This document shows, in pieces, positions 14,284 to 25,440 of a stretch of 64,000 nt of DNA. The notes beneath the pieces were generated by a model. That model saw only the letters and a program-made list of their open reading frames with translations. It was not told where the DNA came from and ran no database searches. Within the stretch, counting starts at the first letter, position 1; every line of letters starts with the position of its first letter. The stretch comes from Lobosporangium transversale (lineage: Eukaryota), in contig NW_019028988.1 in NCBI RefSeq assembly GCF_002105155.1, positions 744,001 to 808,000 on the forward strand, read 5' to 3'. A program made the position numbers and the translations under genes.

Positions 14284-15649
14284 GGCAGAGATGATGATGA
14301 CAAAAAAGAGAATCAAAGGGATGCAGATCAGATCAGTCTTGGGCCAAGGCACAATTGATTTAATCATGTGACAGGGACCGAATCTACGCTCCTATTGGTG
14401 AACACTGGTTCTAAACTTGGGTCAAAGGTACACAAATGAGCTCTCTGATAATATTCGTCAGCCTCTTTCATCTTCTCTAGAGGTAGTTACCACAACCACA
14501 CCTTACATATCTAAAAACAATGACCTTGCTAGTCATTTTCACTCCACTCGCTTATCTGGCGGCCTAAGTCTGAATGGCTATATACCCAAGTACCAACCGC
14601 ACTACACAAAAGAAATGTTGCACCATGGCATTTGAAGTCACCACATCTCATATTGAGCCTATATAGTCTATTAATGCACTCTTCACGACAAATTAGTTAC
14701 CACACCCTGTGAAGGGGGGCACCTGAACAGTCTTTATTACTTCTACAGAACGTCATCCATATATAGCCTGTAGCCCTAACAAACATAGCGATACATGGTA
14801 GCGCTCTCCCTTTATACTCTCCGTTTGTAGGCTCCTCACCAGTTTCTTTTTTAAAAATGTTAAAGGGCTATTGCTAAATTGCTACATCTTAAAGCAACGA
14901 GACAGATGGTAATGAACACAGGTTAACAAGACATTAAATGCTCATTAATTGCAGTGGCGACCTGTTCTTTGTCCCTTTTGCCACCAATTTTTGACTAAAT
15001 GATCTGCGTGTTTATCATTGTATCTCATTGAGGTTAACCTAAAAACCACCCATCTTTTTCACCTACCCTTCTTCCTTTTCTTCATTGCTTCGCTTTCAAC
15101 CTTGTTTAGTGTCTAGGCTTTATATTTGTTTTCTTAATACTTGTTTGCTTCAGCTTCCTTCTGTTTGTTCATGCAAATTGATTTCTTTGCTTTTTTTCCC
15201 CCTTCCATGTTGTTAGTGAGGATGTCGAGACTTCCACTTTGTAAGTTTGCTAATCTAATTTTGATCATAGAGCTGTCGTTTAGAAGGGTGACCGAGTCCC
15301 AGCTTTGTACTGATTTTGGTGAGAAGATATGGAATTGGTGTAAAGACCATCATGAATACTACTAAAAAAAATCATGTCTACTCTCAATGACGCCTCCACT
15401 TCATCGTCAACTAAATCAACCGCAGCGAACACACCAACTGCATTCTTGAACGAAACCACTACTACCACTGCGGTTATTGCTATCGACTACATCTCTAAAC
15501 TCTTGTTGCTATACACCGGATTATCCACCCTCGGGAGAATAACTGATAAAAAATGTAGAGTGACATTAATGATGCGGGTGCAAGTCTCGTAACAGATAAT
15601 ATAAATGGATTGATCGGAGCTGTGTTTGTGGGGTTGGCTTTTATCTGTT

Positions 15650-15735
15650 GATCTGTAAGGTTTTTAAAGTTAGTCCAGAAATTCAGGGGCAAAAGATTCA
15701 ATAGAAAGGATACAGGAGACGGAAATAAACAGAAT
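15650..15735 (-). ncRNA. Candidate omegaRNA scaffold or element right end downstream of the Fanzor-like ORF
   Basis: It lies immediately 3' of the RuvC ORF stop codon. Its last ~44 nt are similar to 59163-59206, and the similarity stops abruptly after TTACAGATC. There is no expression evidence. Confidence 0.3.
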
Positions 15736-18465
15736 TTACAAATTTTTTTGTGGATGTGCCGGCACCCAAATACTTGTGTCTAGCGTCATGCGCTCTGCAG
15801 CCGGAGCAGGCGACTCTTCCATGGGCTTGTACTTTGCAGGTCTCTCTTGCCTCTCAATTTGAGCAAGACCGATTCTTGCGATGTTTTCCGCCCCTACTGC
15901 GTCACGGTCGAAAAATACTTTACATGCCCGGCAATATTTAGAGCGAGAGTACACCGCCTCTAAAAAGCTATCGCGGAGGGGTCAGGGACAGCGGGCGCTG
16001 GTGTAAAATTCGTGCGCTCCTACGGCGAAGTGTCTTCGTACTTTAACCTAAGCGTTTCAAATGGCAGTCGTTTATCAACAAGGGTTCTATGGCTTTCCAG
16101 CTTTTCTTATTTTTTTTAAAAAAGTAATACCTGTGTGACAAAGTGTCTCGTTATAGCAGTGTGCTTGCTGGGAACTCCTTTACTACTTTCATAGGACCCC
16201 AGGCCGATGACAAGCACTCCTTTTTCCCCGAGTATCTTCAACACTCGCTGCACCGCGTAGTCGGACGTAGCTCGTTGAGCCTTTCGTAAGTCCCATTTTT
16301 TTTAGGTGCCATCCGGATGTAGAACTCTTGAAGTACATCCAAATTCTTTGATCTTGTCTGTGTCTGGGACTCCTCGTTCATCCATTGAAAGCACTCATTG
16401 TACGATCCCTTCCAAATACAGGGATGGCGTTCTCAACCTCAATCATTCCTTTTTCACGCTTCCTTTTTTTCAACAGGTGATTGAAGCGGAGGACCGGAAG
16501 GTACAAGAACCTACTTCTCACCTTCACCGTTTACCGCAAGTTAGGGTCGTGGGGGTCTAGCGAGGGAAACGTAAGGGTGTTAACAATATCAGGATCGCAT
16601 CCAACGACAGTTGTGGTGTTTGTGGATGAGCATCGCCCTGGTTCGTTGAATGTGAGCTCAACGTTTTCAAGCAGTTTGGAGCTCCTCTTCCAGTATATGT
16701 TTGCGTAGCCTTCATCTATCAGATCTTTACCGGCTGCCTTTGGACGCGGCGTGTTGAGGAATCCTTGAGAAAGCTCCAATTCCTAGCTGGGGCCTTCTTC
16801 ATCTACGTCAGACTGCTGCTGTCTCTTCATCTGGGTTGTGTCATAGGCAAGTAGATTCAGAACAAGACCGTTGGTAGAAATCGTTTCTTTAAGTTTGAAA
16901 AAAAACTCAATGTCGCTCATATTTTCGTTAGTTTTCTCGACATCGAACTGAAAAAAATAAAGAAAAAAAAAAAAAAAAAAAAAAAAAAGAGTATGAATAG
17001 AGAGCATTTGATTGCAGAATATGCATGAAAACACCTTACACAAGGTTACACCATTGCGTTCCTGTAGTGCTGCCTTAATGATGTCTGTACTTGGCCTGAG
17101 TAGCTCTGACGCTCTTGGAAATGAGGTCTTTTTGGGATCAAAACCTTGCACGTCCCCCAATGTGATGTCTATTTCCTTACTTGGGGGAAGTTCAGTGGTG
17201 GTCTTGAAATGTTCATAAGCGAGGAGATAGTGGGGTGTTTCTACTGCCCTTGTTTTTTTGCCCTCGCGTAAGCTGAATTGGGGCCACCTTGGCTACTTAA
17301 AAGAAGGGTGGCGAGACAGAAGGAATAGTCAGTGCTATCCAAGACCTCGTCCAGTGCATTTTTCCTCGACCTTGCTGCCCCTGGCAGCCGCATGATCCTC
17401 TCAATGTCCAGGCCAATCGCCCAGTATGCATAGTGGCGTAGTTGGTTGAGGACAACAACTGCCCCTCGGATTTGGCTTGCAATATTATCCCTTTCATTTG
17501 TGTGCAGCTCGTCTTTCCTTGCCATGGAAGCCTTGATAGGGTGCTTACTGCTGTAGCTGTGAACAACCTTCGTAGCCTTCAAGTTCCTAATTGGTGTATC
17601 TTCTTTTTTAGCCCTGTGAGGCTTCTTGCCTTTGTGCTTCCGCTTTTGTTTTTTCTGTTGTTTCTTTTTTGCCTTTCTCCGAAGTGGTGGATGCTTAAGG
17701 CCCGGCCTATCGTGCTGACGGCAGTTACTGATATCAACTGTGCGCCTATCCAATATGCTCGGCTTGTCAGAAAAGATGGGCCAGAACTAGCTTTTACGTG
17801 ATCCTTCCGCTATATAGAATGATGTTGCGTCTCTAGTTATCGAACTCATTGTTCGATGGCAATGCTTGGGCCGACATTTGATGGCCAGAAGTAAAAACGT
17901 GGAGCTACTCTGAAACGGCCTTCTTTAGAGGCTGCGTTCCTTCCCAGCATCTTACTAGCTTTCCTAAGGTAATCTCGAAGCATTTTGTTGTAGTTCTTGC
18001 TCCACGCAACCTTTCGAACTAATCGAAGATTATTAATCAGGTCCAACGTCTTGAGGTTCCTTGAGTAATCATTGCCTGCGATGGCAGGTTTAGCGCTTGA
18101 ATAACGTTGTCCATGTCGTAAACCCCAAACTTCCGTCTACGGTATGGAAGAGTCGCACTAGGATGCAGACTCGTTCGTACTTAAAAAAATCAGCCTTGGG
18201 ATATCACGATCCTATCATTCTCCTCATTATGACACCCTTTGCATGGGTCAGCTTCATATACACACAGGCAGATATCGAAGACAGAGCCAAGGCCTGTTGC
18301 CAGCTGATTCTTGTTCTGGACGCTCAGGGTGTGGACCTTTCGAAGGCCCTTCTGGATGCGCCTCATGACTTGAGGACGAGTCCAAACCTCGTTCCGAGGA
18401 TTTCTCTCGAAGGTGCTCATATCATTCTCCAAAGCGTCCATATTTTTTTGGCTTCTGGCTTGCCA
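15736..18465 (-). pseudogene. Degenerate Fanzor (TnpB/Cas12f-like RuvC + zinc finger) gene with an upstream FEN1/XPG-like nuclease module; at least 2 introns
   Basis: RuvC-I is VVGCDP(D)IVNT (Asp 16594-16596). It is followed by LDVLQEFY...KKWDLRKA and VLVIGLGSY, then RuvC-II GAHEFYTSARCP (Glu 16009-16011), the zinc knuckle CRAC and RuvC-III FDRDAVGAENIARI (15901-15909). The upstream module has CVYEAD, VIS..DFF and GNDYSRN (18065-18076). In-frame stops (e.g. 15982-15984, 16531-16533, 16783-16785) and several frameshifts disrupt it. Introns lie at 16048-16130 and 16948-17034. Confidence 0.8.
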
Positions 18466-18486
18466 TTTTGAATTTTAACATTGTCT

Positions 18487-18731
18487 CATATAGTTTTGAT
18501 ATCGATCCTTTGCTTCACAGGCCACATCAATCTTTATTCAGTTCCTTTTGTTTGGATTGGGGTTTTGTCCCAGTCAATAGCAGAGATTGACAAATAAATA
18601 TAAGCTCTCTCATGAACGGCAGATTGGAAGAAATAGCATTGAGATACCAAAGTGAAATCATCTCGGTATACAGCATATAGTGTTGATGTCGATCCTTTGT
18701 TATACAATTTTTTTTCAGCTTCTTTTGTTTG
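18487..18731. repeat. Imperfect direct repeat pair (~187-bp offset)
   Basis: 18487-18512 and 18674-18699 match at 24/26 nt. 18537-18554 and 18714-18731 match at 16/18 nt. Confidence 0.75.
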
Positions 18732-19599
18732 CAGTGGCCCTTGCTTTGTGAGGAATTTAATGATTTATAATTTTGAACAGGGGTAGTAAATACATTGACA
18801 GATTTGACTCGGTGTGTAGGAACTGGTTTTGAAACAGGTGATTACATCCCTGTCAAAGATAACAACAAAAGAAGAATGTCTTTTTTCCCCTCTTTCTTCT
18901 TTTTTATCAGAGAATGGGTTCGGATGTCGCTCTTTGCTCCAACAGCTCCAGTACTTTTGGAATTAGAAAACAAAAAAAAAAAAAAAAAAGATCCCTATGC
19001 AAAATGTGTTTCTACATGTGTAGAAACCAAAGAGACGCTTCAGCTGTTTATTCAATAACCTGGTGCATGTTCGTGTACATACAACTGATAGTGATTGATG
19101 AAATAATAAAAAAACCCCCGCGATGTGTAGACAAGAAGCACAACAACTGTTTGCTCACATCCATTTTTTTCACCGTTGGTGTGCCTGTATGTCTTTTAAG
19201 CTTTCTGTCTGGTCGTTTAACACAAGGAACTCCCAGAAAAAAAATACCTCGCATGGTTGGTGTCAGGTCTGAAAACAACAATAATGCAATGCTGTGCGTG
19301 GAAGATAGGGTCTAGAAACTATACCATTGTTATGCTGACTCACCGAAATCAACTGCGATCACAACTGCTACTCATGCTCTGTTGCCAAGGACTTGAAAAG
19401 GGATACAAACCCCTTCTTCCTTACTCTCATAATCGTTCACATCCTCTCAATACTTTCTTTCGCCGTAAATGTTCATTACATCTGAATCACACAGGTATTT
19501 CACCATTCACACTCCAATATAGATATATGTATCACCTTAGGTATGATATGTTCCCTCTGGTTTCCACAGGCCCAACAAACTCTATTAGCAGTGTTTACC

Positions 19600-19850
19600 A
19601 ACTCAGATATATATATCAAGGGAACGCAAGAAGACGAGGAAGCAAACGATGTGAAAATCGAGTCTCGCCGAGCTGTACAGGAAAAGATCAAGTTAGTCAA
19701 GCTCCATGGTGCGGTAGAATGAATCAACTCAGATTGCACTCCTTTCAAGTCGAGACTACGGCGGCGAATATTATCACTGCTACATTACACCAGTCAATAA
19801 ATAAACGATACAATGGGCTTCCGAGCGGATGCTAGGGTCATGCGAAAGTC
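19600..19850 (+). pseudogene. Possible hAT transposase relic
   Basis: Broken frames read ...EKIKLVKLHGAVE*INS... and, across a frameshift at ~19813, NDT-WASERML. This resembles the hAT KL...v..I.sS / TRW.S...ML pattern, but the match is very degenerate. Confidence 0.25.
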
Positions 19851-20012
19851 TTCATGAGCTTTTTTATTTGCACAAAAGAAGCCAGGATAGCTCCTTGACA
19901 GTTTAGTTTTCGATCATTTATTTCGACGTCGAAATAAAATTTCGAGACAATGCCCATGGATTGCTGGGTTTCTTATGGACGAAGGGATAAAATGATGAAA
20001 TGTTTGTTCCTG

Positions 20013-20046
<34 letters not shown>

Positions 20047-20113
20047 GGTGAACCATGGAAATCCATTCTTTTATTTTAAAGCGTTCATAACATTTATTTG
20101 CACAATCGAAACA

Positions 20114-22093
20114 ATGCATGCTACTCATCTTCGCTTCTCATCAGTCCTTACTCTGGCATCTAAGCGTCTGTCTGAACATTCCTGTGCCTCTCTTCGACAT
20201 GTGTTCTCTACTACATGCATTAGTAGACAGCATCGCTTTGTAGCTCCCAAGTCAGTTCTCCTACAACAACAACTGCAAAAGCAACAGCGAGCATTGTTTT
20301 CGATCCAGAAACAGCTCTATGAGAAGCACAATCAACACAATAATAGCACGACAATCGAATCACTCCTATCAGAGACGCATGAAGAAGGTCATAACAAGAG
20401 TTCAAATGACCTAAAGCATTTAGACCAAAAGTTTGAAGCAATAGGACCTCTGGATGGTTTTCGTGTTCTGGATCTAACTCGCGTTCTGGGTAATAATTTT
20501 TGGAAAAAGAAACAAATAAATCGAACGATGCGTGCGACCATTCTAACCGTTACAAATGTTATGCTTGATGTCCCCCCTTTTTTTACCGATTGAAGCTGGA
20601 CCCTATTGCACACAATTACTCGGAGATCTTGGGTAAGAGGCGTCTGGTAAATAGTATCTTGACCCAAGGAAAAAAGGAAAAAAAAAAAAAAAAAAAAAAA
20701 AAACATGTCTAACGATCTGATTATTTTACTTTTGCTATGAATATAATATTAATATTAAAAAAAGTGCTGAAGTGATCAAAATTGAGAATCCTAAGGGTGG
20801 TGATGATACCCGCGCATGGGGTCCTCCCTTTGCCAAGAACATGGATCCGTCTGACTCGACCCCTCCAGAGAGCGCTTATTTCTTAGGTGTCAACCGGAAC
20901 AAGAAATCTATTACAGTCAACATCCGATCAGTAGAAGGTCGACAGTTGATTCACGATCTTGTCAAGAAAGTAGATATCCTAGTGGAGAACTATGTACCTG
21001 GAAAATTGGATGAAATGGGATTGGGTTATCAAGAGTTAAGCAAGTTAAATCCGAGACTTATTTACACATCCATTACTGGTATGCTGTAGTATTATATGAT
21101 AAATATGTGGAATGTTACCATAAAAAAAAATAGCTTCTTATTTCAAGCGATGATCTTAAAAAAAAAAAAAAAAAAAAAAAACTTAAAGGATATGGCCAAA
21201 CGGGGCCATATAGGACGAGACCAGGATACGATGTCATGGTCGAGGCAGAAGGTGGATTAATGTATATCACAGGCGAGCAAGATGGAACACCCGTGAAAGT
21301 AGGCGTTGCTGTGACAGGTAAATTAATTACAAATAACTTTTTTAATCTTAATTCTCAAAAGAGAGACGCATAAGATGAGTTAAAAATATCGACCTTTTTG
21401 GCTTTAGACTTGACCACAGGACTTTACGCCCATGGAGCCATCATGGCAGCGATTATCGCGCGTTACAGAACAGGACGTGGTCAGCATATCGACTGTTCAC
21501 TATTGGACTCTCAGGTCGTGACATTGGCCAACATTGCAAGCTCATATTTGATCGCAGGACAAGAAGCCAAAAGAATGGGTACGTCACATCCCTCGATTGT
21601 TCCCTATCAAGTACTGCCAAGCAAGGACTCGCACATTATGATTGGTGCTGGAAACGATGGACAATTCAAGATCCTTTGTTCAATCCTTGGCTTGGAACAC
21701 CTGTGTGAGGATCCCGCATTCAAAGCGAACAAGGATCGTGTCCGAAACCGTAGTGATCTTATCAAGATTTTGACAGAAAGACTTCAAACGAAGAACAATG
21801 ACGAATGGTTAAAGGCATTTGAAGGTCGGGGAATCCCTTTTGCACCTATCAACAACATTGCACAAACATTTTCACATCCACAGGTGATTGCTAGAGATAT
21901 GATCCAAGAAGTTGATCATCCAAAGGCTGGCAAGATCAAACTCACAGGACCAGCTGTTAAATATTCGGAGACCAAGCCAAAGATTCGTACCCCACCTCCT
22001 CTTTTGGGTCAGCATACAGATGAAGTCCTTAGAGATATCCTAGAATATAACGAAGATAGGATTCAGGCCTTGAAGGAGAAAGGAGCTGTTTAG
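20114..22093 (+). CDS. CoA-transferase family III (CaiB/BaiF; SUGCT-like) with a probable mitochondrial presequence; multi-exon
   Basis: Motifs are [77 protein letters not shown] and [12 protein letters not shown]. The N-terminus is R/S/L-rich. Confidence 0.93.
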
Positions 22094-22358
22094 ATTGGTT
22101 AGACCGAGGAAGAAAAAACTGAGCTGAATGATCTTAATGCAACCTCTATAGATTAAAACCATTAAAGAGATACAAATAGAAAGAAAAAAAAAAAAAAAAA
22201 AAAAAAAAAGACTATGCGGAGCAAATAATAACCTCACTTGAGTAATATGCCTGATGCCTGATTTTAGACGAGTATATCGGAAATGGACGAACAAACAAAT
22301 AGATCTTATTTTATTAAATGTGGGAAACAAAATTCTATTACTTATTTTCCAATGCTCA

Positions 22359-23770
22359 TCACACAACAACAGTCTGTTGTTCAAGCTGATAGCGCTTCGA
22401 AGGCTTCTGTGGCAAAACAGGACAAGTGCCTCTCTTGGGAATTTGGGGGAGAAATGCGACTTGAGGTCTGTATTTAAGGCTTCTGCTCGTAGTTGTCACT
22501 CGGAAAGACCTAGGCATGTAGTTGAGTACCACATGACGAATGATTCTCTCAGTCAATGTCTAATTTAAAATAAATAAATAAATAAAGCGACATCAGTAAA
22601 CGCTCTTCTTTCTTTTCCTTTCTTTTTTTCTTTCTTTTTATTACGTCTCTGTTTTCCAATACCTGGCCATAAATGATCTTGGCGTTCTCCTTGCTATCTT
22701 TATAGCGTTCCACTACATAATCGAACCGTTGTTCACGATAATCCTTTAATGCTGCTTCAACGTCGTTCAATTTAGTTGATACCATGTCATAGATGCAGTT
22801 GGATAAAACCACAGAGTCCTGCATAGCGTTTACTGCACCCTGTCCAGCGCTTGGTAGCAACTATGTTATATGCGATGTTTTAGTTCATGTAAAAGATGTG
22901 TAAGATGGTCTAAAAAAAAAAAAAAAAAAAAAAAAAGTTTTTTTTTTTCAATACCTTGTGACACGCATCCCCAATGAGTACAACCCTTTTGTGATTCCAA
23001 GTCTCGAAGACCTTGTCCTCCAAGAAGACGCGTGAAATAATGTCTTTGGGTGTGGCATTGATCAAATCTCCCATAGTGCCTCCAATGGGGACTAAAAAAT
23101 CGCTAACCTCCTTGATCATGGATTCGTTCGCCTCCGGTCCCCATTCAGCGTTCATCAACTTCTCATCTAGTGAGCCTTTTGAGGCTGCTGCTAATTGAAC
23201 AACAACATTCCAGCAGATTTTATTCCCAGGGACATTACAAGCGCTCCACTTTGGTATTAAAAAAAAAGTACAAAGCAACGAGTCAAAAGCAGTACATACT
23301 TTTTTTTAGAGAAATATAGAATGACAACTAGTACAAAAAAAAAAAAAAAAAAAAAAGAGAGGCCTTACGGTGTACGGTGTTCCTTCTCCAATGACCTGAT
23401 GCAAGTATGCTTCTTTCTGTTTCACAAAAGGGTATTTCTCTGGGTCGACTGGATCGGTAGTTCCAACCAAGCAGATGTAGCCTTTGCTCAGCGACTCCTT
23501 GTCAGATTCTGGAAGGATCCCTTCTTTTTCCAGTTGCTTATAAAGCTCTTCTCTCACTCCCGAGTAAGCCCCATCGGCTCCTACCAAGATATCTCCGGTA
23601 TATGATGTGCCGTCTGCGCATGTGATTGTGACACTATCGTCATCTTGAGCAATTGAAGTCACTTTCTTATTCAGATGAATCCTCTCAGGTGCAATTCGCT
23701 TAAGAAGGATGTCATATAGACTTGGGCGAGCAAAGAGATGATGTCTGTATCCGATTCTGTGAGAGTCATT

Positions 23771-23804
<34 letters not shown>

Positions 23805-24284
23805 AGTTTAGACCCTTGTTCTTTTCGACCTCCAACAAAACAAAATGGTTCATTCTATTTTTTTTTTTTTTTTCTACTCGCAATTCTTGTTCATTATCTA
23901 TTGACAAAGACGTAATATGTTCGTTGTTGCTCTTGGAGATAACAAATCCTGCACTTGGGAAAGAAACCTGCATGAGTTCATCATATAATCCCAACTGCTG
24001 GAACGCAGGAAGGATATTTGCATTGAGACTCATCACAGCACCTAGGAATCATTAATGTGACAAACAAATTTTAAAAAAAGAAATTGTTTAATTCATATAA
24101 ACGAAAGCATATGTTTTTTGTTGATCCAGATCATGCACACACCAAGAGCTCGGATCTTGCTAGCTCGCTCATAAATGTCATAGGTGACCCCTTGGCGATC
24201 AAGTAAGATAGCCAGAAGTAGACCTGCTAATCCACCACCAACAATCAACACATGTGGCTTTTTAGTATCGAGGTTCGTTGCCAT
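22359..24284 (-). CDS. FAD-dependent monooxygenase (FAD_binding_3, group A flavoprotein hydroxylase); multi-exon
   Basis: It has the Rossmann motif VLIVGGGLAGL...IYER, the DG motif DILVGADGAYSGVR and the GD motif VLIGDACHK-LLPSAGQGAVNAMQD. Confidence 0.92.
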
Positions 24285-24359
24285 TTTAGTTTGTTTGGAG
24301 GCGGTTGAAGTTGAAGTTGATTTATTCTTCGAAAGCAAAGTGAAAAGCAAAAAGAATAT

Positions 24360-24402
24360 GAAGAAAACAGTGAAGAAAACAGTGAAGAAAACAGTGAAGA
24401 AA
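24360..24402. repeat. 12-bp tandem repeat (GAAGAAAACAGT) x ~3.5
   Basis: Read directly; it lies just upstream of the monooxygenase start codon. Confidence 0.85.
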
Positions 24403-25292
24403 AAACAATAATAATAATAAAAATGAATGAGTTTCAAATGAGAATGAGAATGAGAAAAAGAAGACAATGTGAATGCTATCTTCGCCCTCACTCGCTTTCC
24501 TAAAATTGGGCTCGTTTTTGTGCCACAGCCTTTACTGAACATTCTAAGGGCGACTGTTGAAATTCAAAGTTTGTTTTAAAAAGTGGACGCAAACCCGGTT
24601 ACTTTGCTTGGGTCATCATCTATGTTCTCTCTCTTTCTCTTTGAAGCGCGAGCTGTAGATGCTAATGCAGCGTAAGAAACAGCTGGTTGCTACTAAGGAG
24701 CTGCGATGCAGCGCTCTTGAAGAATGCTGTTTCAAAGTCTTTGAGGTTGATATGTGGTAACCTGAATATAATCCTCAACCTCATTCAACTTGGGCAAATA
24801 TCATGTGTTTAAAAAAATCAGAAGTTTCTTGCAAATTAAAGTGCTCACAGAAGAGAGGAAGGTTTTAATGTTCAATAAAGTTGTGAACAAACTCACGCGT
24901 CTCTTCTGCCACAACCAACACATGTTATATATACATGTACAGCATAGTTTTTACTTTTTTGTTTTAGATCACACAAGTCACAGCATTGTGAAGGAAGTGA
25001 CTGAGTGATGGTATTCCCTTCATCTTTTGATGGAAATACTACTGCAAGTGCGACTATGGTTCCTGCACAATATCCTTTCTTTTGTCCTCGGAGATTGTCC
25101 CCTCAATTGCTGTGTGTTGCACAAACTTCAGGATAATCCAACAGCTCATTTTTAAAAAATATCGTTTTTAAGGTTCATTTTTTATTCATACAAAATAGTA
25201 AACAGACTAAAATGAGAAAAAAAAAGGGTATATGAAATAAAAAGAAAAAACAATGCAGAAATCAAAATGGAATGGGTATAGATATCACATTT

Positions 25293-25325
<33 letters not shown>

Positions 25326-25440
25326 GCTTTTCGGCTCCCCCTTTGGGACCGGCTACTTCTGCGATTCTTGTTCGGGTCCTCCATCTGTCGCTATCACGAT
25401 CAGCATGCATCACCTCCATATCATTTTGCACCAGCCATCA

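Noticed and set aside
15374..15592. 72-aa Thr/Ser-rich ORF beside the Fanzor-like 3' end
   Set aside because: It is low-complexity and short, with no homology recognisable by eye.
15982..15984. In-frame TGA in the Fanzor-like Cys knuckle as selenocysteine or readthrough
   Set aside because: The locus has several other stops and frameshifts, so ordinary decay (e.g. CGA>TGA) is simpler.
14640..19900. Paired TIRs/TSD delimiting the Fanzor-like element
   Set aside because: No inverted partner of the GATCTGTAA end was found on the other side by eye. The 5' part appears truncated, so boundaries are undefined.
24360..24402. Short tandem repeats (also 12258-12290, 30911-30943, 59245-59276) as a CRISPR-like array
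   Set aside because: The units are contiguous with no unique spacers, so they are simple micro/minisatellites.
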